42,207 bases of DNA, taken from NCBI RefSeq assembly GCF_001194135.2, contig NC_069009.1, positions 5,020,533 through 5,062,739 on the forward strand, in the 5' to 3' direction. Position numbers and translations under genes: made by a program. Below the pieces are notes generated by a model. It did not search any database. It saw only the letters and a program-made list of their open reading frames with translations, and was not told where the DNA came from. This stretch comes from Octopus bimaculoides. Lineage: Eukaryota. This document shows positions 34,240 to 42,207 of this stretch, piece after piece (position 1 is the first letter of the stretch; the number at the start of each line of letters is the position of its first letter).

Positions 34240-34545
34240 ATGATTGTGGTGATTTTGAAGGTATAGCCTTTTCTGCTGTCAAGTTTCACTAGTTTCTTCG
34301 TGGATCAACAAAGATGGTTTGCATCATAAGATCCAGGCCTTTCCAGAACAACTCTGTGACCCTTATGCTCTGATCGTAGTTGTCTTGGTGCTGCATACAC
34401 CTCATAGCCATCAAAGCTATACGAAAGCTCAGGCCTCAGAAATTCTCATCTCACTGAAGGCCACCACATCTATATCTACTGGCTTGAGGATTTTGAACAG
34501 GTGGCTCTGCTACCAAGGCAATGCAGGCCATGTGCATTCACAAAA
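34240..34545 (-). pseudogene. Degenerate AP-endonuclease N-terminus of an L1/Tx1-like LINE ORF2
   Basis: Joining frameshifted minus-strand pieces gives VNAHGL / HLFKILKPVDIDVVAFSEMR / FDGYEVYAAP / VTELFWKGLDLMMQTIFVDP / KLVKLD. These are in the order of the APE motifs N..GL, D.....E.R and GV..L. Confidence 0.6.
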
Positions 34546-34639
34546 GGAGAAAAGTGAGAAGAACTACTTACCATATTTCTGGGGAAGGACATATGTTCCA
34601 TCCATCTGGTTAACTGGGAGTTTCATCATAAGTTTGTAG

Positions 34640-34800
34640 AGTGTGAGTTCAAATCCAGGTGGAGTCAACTTTGGTCTCCATCCATTTGAGGGTCAATAAG
34701 ATTAAGAATCAGTCAAGTACTGAGGTTGATTGCATCAACTAACCCCTTCCTGTCAAAACTACTGGCCTTGTGCATAAATCAATGATAATAATAATAATAA
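34640..34800 (+). mobile_element. SINE family C, 5'-truncated
   Basis: GAGTTCAAATCC...GTCAACTTTG...GGCCTTGTGC followed by (ATA)n. Confidence 0.7.
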
Positions 34801-34914
34801 TGATGATAATTTATGAAGACTGATGTAACTTTTCACATAAATAAATACAAAATAAGAAAAGAGCAATTGATTTGTAATCAATAGAGACATGACATTCTTC
34901 TTATTGGATAACAA

Positions 34915-35355
34915 CATCATCATCATCATCGTTTAACGTCCGCCTTCCATGCTAGCATGGGTTGGACCATTTGACTGAGGACTGGTGAACCAGATGGCTA
35001 CACCAGGCTCCAATCTGATCTGGTAGAGTTTCTACAGCTGGATGCCCTTCCTAATGCCAACCACTCTGAGAGTGTAGTGGGTGCTTTTATGTGCCACCGG
35101 CACGAAGGCCAGTCAGGCGGTACTGGCAACGGCCACACTCAAAATGGTGTATTTTACATGCCACCTGCACAGGAGTCAATCCAGCGGCACTGACACATTC
35201 TCGCTCAAATGTCTTTACATGTGCCACTGGCACAAGTGCCAGGAAGGCGACGCTGGGCACAGGTGCCATCACGATTTCGCTTTCACTTGCGCCAACAGGT
35301 CTTCACAGGCCAAGTTCTGTGTTCTGCATAGGAACCAGTCCAGTGGCACTGGCAA
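34915..35355 (-). mobile_element. Family A retroposon, longest copy
   Basis: Runs from the tail at 34915 through three internal TTTTA[C/T][G/A]TGCCAC-like repeats to GATTTCGCTTTCACTTGC. Confidence 0.9.
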
Positions 35356-35359
35356 ACAA

Positions 35360-35558
35360 CAATAATAATGGTTTCAATTTTGGCATAGGGCCAGCATTTT
35401 TTTTTTTTTTTTCTGTGGAGTGAGAGAAATCAATTACATCAACCCCAGTACATAACTGGTACTTCAAAAAGATAAAAGGCAAAGTCAACCACTGCAGAAT
35501 TTTAAACTAAGAATGAAAGGACAAACGAAATGTCGCTTAGCATTTTGCCCGACATGCT
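35360..35558 (-). mobile_element. SINE family C
   Basis: GGTTTCAATTTTGGCATAGGGCC...AAAGGCAAAGTCAACC...CTTAGCATTTTGCCC. Confidence 0.75.
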
Positions 35559-35904
35559 NNNNNNNNNNNNNNNNNNNNNNNNNNNNNNNNNNNNNNNNNN
35601 NNNNNNNNNNNNNNNNNNNNNNNNNNNNNNNNNNNNNNNNNNNNNNNNNNNNNNNNNNNNNNNNNNNNNNNNNNNNNNNNNNNNNNNNNNNNNNNNNNNN
35701 NNNNNNNNNNNNNNNNNNNNNNNNNNNNNNNNNNNNNNNNNNNNNNCATTCCAGCGTGTTTCTAAGACTGTTTTATGCTAGAAATCAAAGTTTCATAAAA
35801 ACAAATTCCAGTTAATAGAACTATGGGAGTTAATGGGTTAAATAATTCTTTATGAATTTTTGGCACAAGGCTGGATATTTCGAAGCAAGGGAGAAGTTGA
35901 TAAC

Positions 35905-35987
35905 ATTATTATTATTATTATTACTATTATTATTATTATTATTATTACTATTATTATTATTACTATTATTATTATTATTATTATTAC
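35905..35987. repeat. (TAT)n microsatellite
   Basis: Directly visible. Confidence 0.95.
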
Positions 35988-36170
35988 TGAGGCAAGCTAA
36001 CAAAATTGTTAGGAAGCTGGGTGAAGTGCTTAGCAGCGTTTTGTCTGTCTTCATGTTCTGAGTTCAAATTCCACCGAGGTCGACTTTGCCTTTCGTCCTT
36101 TTGGGATCAATAAAACAAGTATCAGTTCCATCAAAATTGCTGACCTTGTGCCAAATCTTGAAACCATCAT
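35988..36170 (+). mobile_element. SINE family C with an internal deletion
   Basis: GAGTTCAAATTCCACCGAGGTCGACTTTGCCTTTCGTCC. Confidence 0.8.
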
Positions 36171-36186
36171 CATCATGATCATCATT

Positions 36187-36564
36187 TATTCTTTTATTTG
36201 TTTCAGTCATTTGACTTTGGCCATGCTGGAGCACCGCCTTCAGTCGAACAATTCGACCCCAGGACTTTGTAAGCCTAGTACTTATTCTATCGGTCTCTTT
36301 TGCTGAACCACTAAGTTACAGGAACATAAATACACCAACATCAGTTGTCAAGCGATGGTGGGGGGGGGGACAAACACAGACACACAAACATATACATATA
36401 GATATATATAACAGGCTTCTTTCAGTTTCCATCTACCAAATCCACTCACAAGGCTTTGGTCAGTTCGAGGCAATAGTAGAAGACACTTGCCCAAGGTGCC
36501 ACACAGTGGGACTGAACCCAGAACCATGTGATTGGAAAGCAAGCTACTTACCACTCCTGCGCCT
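36187..36564 (-). mobile_element. SINE family B, near full length
   Basis: Tail, body and head are present. Confidence 0.95.
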
Positions 36565-36599
36565 ATTATTATTATGATTATTATTATAATTATTATTAT

Positions 36600-36826
36600 T
36601 AAGGTATCGAACTGGCAGAATCATTAGCATGCTGGATGAAATGGTTAGCAGTATTTCACCCATCGCTACACTCTGGGTTCAAATTCCACCAAGGTCGACT
36701 TCACTTTTCATCCTTTCGGGGTTAATAAAATAAATACTATTTGAATACTGGGGTCGATGTAATCAATTTACCCCTTCCCCTGATCTTGCTACCCTTGTGG
36801 AAAAATTTGAAACCATTATTATTATT
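36600..36826 (+). mobile_element. SINE family C, near full length
   Basis: AACTGGCAGAATCATTAGC...GGGTTCAAATTCC...TTTCATCCTTTCGGGG...TTTGAAACCATTATT. Confidence 0.85.
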
Positions 36827-37269
36827 ATGATTGTTTGTACTACAACTACTACTGCTGCTGCTACTATAGAACTACTTATTATTACTGTTATTGTTGTCTT
36901 GTGTTAACACCATAACTTTAAACATTATCTGAATACATGACAAAATTATCGCATTATGAAAAAGAAAAAGAAAAAGGCAAAAATATACAGCAATAAAAAC
37001 AAAAACCAAAGCAAGCTACAATATAATAATAATAATAGTAATAATAATAACAAAAACAACAACATAAAATCGATAAAGAAATGAAGAGTTGTATTGAGAG
37101 CTTTGACAGATGAGACAAGACTCATTTGCATAAAGGAAAATTTGTGGCGCCAACACCTTTAATAACATTTTCGGTACCTGTCACATTCACAGCATAGAAT
37201 CACTGCAACAGTAAGTTGCAAGAATAACACAAAAAAAAGGGACATAACTCAAAAGAAACATGTGTGAAC

Positions 37270-37298
37270 GTATGAGTGGTAATGTCTGTGAATGTATG

Positions 37299-37351
<53 letters not shown>

Positions 37352-37549
37352 CCACATATATTTCTATATAAAGTTATGTATGCGTACATATATATATACA
37401 TATATATATATATACACACATGCTCATGATTGTGCTCATACACATACACATGCACACAAATGTGTGCATATACATGTCATCATTACCATTTAATGATTAT
37501 ATGCATACAGACTCGCATGTTTACATGCATATATGTGCATGTGTGTATG

Positions 37550-37580
<31 letters not shown>

Positions 37581-37714
37581 CGAGAGAGAGATAGATAGAT
37601 AGATAGATATACACATACACACACATACATGCGAATCGTACAGTTTTATATGCATATGTATATATGTGCATACATTTATATATGTATAAACATTTATATA
37701 TTTATACATATGCC

Positions 37715-37763
<49 letters not shown>

Positions 37764-37774
37764 ATGTATGCATA

Positions 37775-37835
<61 letters not shown>

Positions 37836-37952
37836 AACAGAAAAGAGAGTTGACAATATGACAGATTGCATAGAAGAACAGGTGAGTTTGTGGAGGAGTG
37901 AGGTAGGGTGGTGTCATGATGAGGAAAGGATGAGGAAGGTCTCCATATTTGA

Positions 37953-37983
<31 letters not shown>

Positions 37984-38255
37984 GGTAGTAGTAACAGTAG
38001 TAGTAGCAGCAATAGTGCTGCTGGTGGTGGTAGTAATAGTGTGGGTGGTAGTTGCAGTGGTAGTAGCATCTATTGTTGTGGTGGCTGTAGATAGTGGTGA
38101 TAGCGATGGTTATAGTAGTAATAGTAGCAGCAGTAGTGGTGGTGGCCATGGTAGTAGTGGTGGTGGTGGTGGTAGTAATAGTAGCAGTCATGGCAGTTGG
38201 TGGTTGGAGTAGACATGATAGCAGCAATGGCAGTAACAGTAAAGATGAGGGGGAC

Positions 38256-38299
<44 letters not shown>

Positions 38300-38330
38300 C
38301 AGCAGCAGCAACTGTGTTATATGTATGTAA
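37270..38330. repeat. (TA)/(GA)/(TG) tracts, then a (TAG/TGG/CAG)n tract
   Basis: Directly visible. It explains the 226-aa and 148-aa low-complexity ORFs. Confidence 0.9.
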
Positions 38331-38451
38331 GTATATTCTCTTTCTCTTATTAATTTGGGACAAATTTTGACCAATCACTTGCTTGGTAGCAAGCATGTGA
38401 AAGAAAGCATCTTGTTTTAACCACCAACTTCTAAGTCCTGCAGATTCTAAG

Positions 38452-38675
38452 TCTGAGAGTGTAGTGGGTGCTTTTACGTGCCACCGGCACGAAGGCCAGT
38501 CGGGCGGTACTGGCAACGGCCATGCTCAAAATGGTGTATTTTACATGCCACCTGCACGGGAGCCAGTCCAGTGGCACTGGCAACGATCTTGCTCGAATGT
38601 CTTTTCACGTGCCACCGGTACAAGTGCCAGGAAGGCGACGCTGGTAACGATCACACTTGAACGGTGGTGCCATCA
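38452..38675 (-). mobile_element. Family A internal fragment, no tail
   Basis: GAGAGTGTAGTGGGTGCTTTTACGTGCCACCGGCACGAAGGCC... Confidence 0.85.
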
Positions 38676-38805
38676 CAAGATATATATATATATATATATA
38701 TGTTGTATTCAGGGATGATCATGTTGCCAGTTTAGCCAATGGAAACACACGCACTGTATATTCGGTGTTCGCTTGCTTCACCTTTATTTCATAATAATTG
38801 TATTT

Positions 38806-38851
38806 TGCCCAGAGTTATTTCGTCACACTTCTGTGACCTCATCAGTGGTCC
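38806..38851 (-). ncRNA. Hammerhead-like motif, partly degenerate
   Basis: Minus strand GACCA-CTGATGA-g-GTCACA-gaag-TGTGAC-GAAA-taac-TC-TGGGC. Stem II is a perfect 6 bp; stems I and III are weak. Confidence 0.5.
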
Positions 38852-38938
38852 TTTGCTTTCTTCTTTCTTTTTTGTGTGTCTTTCCTTACTAATAATTTGC
38901 CATTTTGTATTCCTAGTGTATGTGTCTATATTTGTTAC

Positions 38939-38981
38939 TCCAGACTGATGACGAGCAAAGACTCAGAAACATGTCTCTGGA
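38939..38981 (+). ncRNA. Minimal type-I hammerhead ribozyme motif
   Basis: Stem I TCCAGA/TCTGGA (6 bp), CTGATGA 38945-51, stem II GAG-caaaga-CTC, GAAA 38966-69 and palindromic ACATGT. GTC cleavage triplet, with the cut after 38975. There is a C.A mismatch next to the core. Confidence 0.7.
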
Positions 38982-39080
38982 TGCAGAGCTTAGCTGGGTG
39001 GAGGTGCTTGTCTCCCCCTTGTAAACATAAGGACACAGGAAATGTGCCAAGGCCGACAGGAAGCGGTGCAGCTTCCTAGG

Positions 39081-39220
39081 TCTATCAAATTCACTGACAA
39101 GGCTTTGGTTGGCCCTAGGCTGTAGTACAAGACAGTTGTTCAAGGTGCAACACAGTAGAATTGAACCCAGAATCATGTAATTAAGAAGAAAACTTCTTAC
39201 CACAGATCCACACCTGTGCC
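39081..39220 (-). mobile_element. SINE family B, diverged head/body fragment
   Basis: ACAAGGCTTTGGTTGGCCCTAGGCTGTAGTAC...CTTCTTACCACAG. Confidence 0.75.
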
Positions 39221-39249
39221 TGTCTTGTATACGAATGTGAGTGTAAGTA

Positions 39250-39490
39250 TGTTTGCATCTCTTCTGGACATTGCAAGATAATTGTAAAAGAGTGTCAACA
39301 TCATACAAAGAGTGCCATTCATTTCAAATATCCTGCCAGAAACATGACTGGTGATGAGGAAATATTACTTTACTGAAGAAACAGATGAGCGTTGGCAACA
39401 GAAAGAGCATCCAGCTGTAGAAAATCTAAAAAGTAACATCCATCTGAGCCATGCAAGCAACAAAAATTAGACATAAGTGAAAAGTGAATG
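39250..39490 (+). mobile_element. Retroposon tail related to the family A end
   Basis: GTTGGCAACAGAAAGAGCATCCAGCTGTAGAAA...CCATGCAAGCA shares the family A terminal motifs but has different upstream sequence. Confidence 0.6.
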
Positions 39491-39789
39491 ATATGCACAA
39501 GGCCCTGTACTTTTATCCATGGTTATATGTACTTTAATATTTAGAACAGAGGTCCATTTTTTTGCATGTTCACTCAATTTAAATCATATCTACTCACACA
39601 TACACATATGTGTATGTGTTTTTTTAAGGTGTTCCCACTTGTATCTTATCAGTTATAAACCCTAAATGTCCCACAGAGCCTTCACTCTTCCCACAAATTT
39701 AGTTATAGAAGCAAACCACACCAGATTTGCGAGAACCTTTGCATTTTACACACACACACAGAAATATAGGCAATGTGCATATAAATATA

Positions 39790-39854
<65 letters not shown>

Positions 39855-40959
39855 NNNNNNNNNNNNNNNNNNNNNNNNNNNNNNNNNNNNNNNNNNNNNN
39901 NNNNNNNNNNNNNNNNNNNNNNNNNNNNNNNNNNNNNNNNNNNNNNNNNNNNNNNNNNNNNNNNNNNNNNNNNNNNNNNNNNNNNNNNNNNNNNNNNNNN
40001 NNNNNNNNNNNNNNNNNNNNNNNNNNNNNNNNNNNNNNNNNNNNNNNNNNNNNNNNNNNNNNNNNNNNNNNNNNNNNNNNNNNNNNNNNNNNNNNNNNNN
40101 NNNNNNNNNNNNNNNNNNNNNNNNNNNNNNNNNNNNNNNNNNNNNNNNNNNNNNNNNNNNNNNNNNNNNNNNNNNNNNNNNNNNNNNNNNNNNNNNNNNN
40201 NNNNNNNNNNNNNNNNNNNNNNNNNNNNNNNNNNNNNNNNNNNNNNNNNNNNNNNNNNNNNNNNAAACACAAAAACACACACATACAAATACACTGACAA
40301 TTAAGAAACACCTTCCTGCAATAGAATATAACAAAATCCTCAAAGGATAAAAGAAACAGTGCAACTACAATCGAAATAAGAACGAGATTAAAATCACAAT
40401 ACAAAAAAAAAAAATGAAAAAACAAAACACGGTAACACCTAAAATCCACACACAAAAAAGAAAAAAAACAGAACAGGTGGTGTAACTGTTAATTCATCTG
40501 TATAATATTGCAGCGCCATATACTTCTACTCCAACTACCGCTAAAACCACCACCACTACTACTACAAGTGGAAGTAGAATTAGCAGCAGTAGTAGTAATT
40601 TTAGCAGCAGTACTTATGCTCCTTAAATGTAATTTACAATGCCTTTCCTAGCCTAAAGAATTCTTCTTGTTTTAGCTATAATTTGGCAATATGAATCTGT
40701 CTTAGCTGTGAAGATGTCCTTTTTTTTTTTACCTTTATCATTTTCTTTTTTATGTTTTTGTTGCTGTTGAATTTTTGTATTATTTTTGTATTATTTTTGT
40801 ATTATTTTTGTATATTCCTTATTATTTTACTTTATTTTTAATTCTGTTTTTGTTCTTTTTGGTTTCAGGTTTTGGTTTTTAAGTTTCTCAATAACAAGTG
40901 GGAATGTTGTTGAAAACATGATTGATACGTGTAGATGTGTGCTTGGGTGTCCCTGTGTA

Positions 40960-41107
40960 TGCGTGTCTTTATGGGTGTGTGTGCATGTGTGTGTTTGTAT
41001 GGTTGATATGTGTATATATCATTAGCTATGTGTATATATATGTGCGTGTGTGTGTATAAGTATATATATATATATGTGTGTGTTTGTGTGTGTGCATNNN
41101 NNNNNNN

Positions 41108-41152
<45 letters not shown>

Positions 41153-41261
41153 CATCTTAAGCAGTATTTGTAAATGTCAATTTATACACATATATATATA
41201 TATATACACACACATATATGTGTGTATAACTACATATAAAATATACGTAAATGTATACATG

Positions 41262-41319
<58 letters not shown>

Positions 41320-41335
41320 CTATATCTATCTATAC

Positions 41336-41375
<40 letters not shown>

Positions 41376-41587
41376 ATATGTATACTATACATCTGTGATT
41401 GTGGATTCATATATGTATGCTTATATATATATATGTGCATGCTTATATATATGTGTGTTTACATATATGTGTGTGTATATGTGTATGCTTATATATATGT
41501 ATGCACGTGTGTCTATGTGATTGTATGTATGAATATGTATAAATATGGTATAAAAACATTTTGTGAGTTTATGCATATGTTTAAAAA

Positions 41588-41632
<45 letters not shown>

Positions 41633-41902
41633 TTATACATAAATATATATCACGCATATATTATTAAATTTTTCTCTCAAACTTCCACTTGAGAAAAGAG
41701 CCAGTTTCTGTCAGCGAAATCACCACCAACACCACTCCATCCCCTGTATATATATATCTCATCATCATCATCACCACCTCCAACATCATTATTGGTCGGG
41801 TTCTCATTCCCAACATTTGCAACCATTATTTCTTGTCCCTCTCTTATTCGCTTTCCTGTATTTAAATACATGTGTGTGTGTGTGTGTGTATCCATATATA
41901 TG

Positions 41903-41939
<37 letters not shown>

Positions 41940-41951
41940 GTATGTATATGT

Positions 41952-42019
<68 letters not shown>

Positions 42020-42170
42020 GTATGTATATATGTATACATATATATATACATATATGTATATATGTGTGTGTGTGTATGTATATATGTGTAGACATATATC
42101 TATCTATCTATGTATATATATATACATATATATATATGTATGTATATATATACATAGACATGTGTATACA

Positions 42171-42207
<37 letters not shown>
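40960..42207. repeat. (TG)/(TA)/(TACA) microsatellite block to the window end
   Basis: Directly visible, with a short unique spacer at ~41660-41860. Confidence 0.95.

Larger units (their letters stand above)
38700..38990. mobile_element. Putative Penelope-like terminal fragment(s) with two opposed hammerhead motifs
   Basis: Hammerhead cores occur on both strands within about 180 bp. The boundaries are estimated. Confidence 0.5.

Noticed and set aside
34566-34610. Consensus minus-strand donor ATG|GTAAGT
   Set aside because: It lies between a SINE and the LINE endonuclease relic with only a weak acceptor, so it is more simply part of the decayed LINE.
37105-37130. CAGATGAG-acaaga-CTCATTTG hairpin resembling the 38953 stem II
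   Set aside because: It lacks CUGA and the downstream GAAA, so it is not a hammerhead.
37858-37887. MTDCIEEQ|GTGAGT apparent exon end
   Set aside because: The upstream sequence is purine-rich or (TA)n with no acceptor or promoter evidence.

Overview
This is AT-rich, repeat-saturated animal genomic DNA from a gapped draft scaffold. The repeat types and microsatellite load look like octopus/coleoid cephalopod DNA; that is an inference from recalled repeat families, not a database match. About 6.1 kb (~14.5%) is N, in 14 gaps: 1970-2448, 5888-6391, 8762-9382, 11193-11202, 17488-17607, 19497-19928, 24342-24470, 25980-26533, 27723-28610, 31181-32177, 33173-33961, 35559-35746, 39855-40264 and 41098-41107. 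No intact host gene, tRNA, rRNA or CRISPR array can be supported. Almost all ORFs in the track are microsatellite, SINE or N read-through artefacts. The window holds (i) long (TA)n, (CA)n, (CAT)n, (TAT)n, (TTC)n and (TAG)n tracts, (ii) about 40 pieces of short retroposons in at least 6 families (my labels A-G), (iii) dead coding relics of a DD37D (maT-type) transposase, a mariner C-terminus, an RTE-like reverse transcriptase, an R4/Dong-like REL endonuclease and an L1/Tx1-like AP endonuclease, and (iv) several 100-350 bp tandem arrays. The most notable signal is a set of minimal type-I hammerhead ribozyme motifs of the kind carried by Penelope-like elements. One has a fully canonical core (4039-4106), two lie back-to-back on opposite strands (38806-38851 and 38939-38981), and one is decayed (24544-24585). 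There is also a perfect 42-bp palindrome whose origin can be reconstructed from sister repeat copies. A few unique-sequence islands could be exons of a long-intron host gene but cannot be confirmed.
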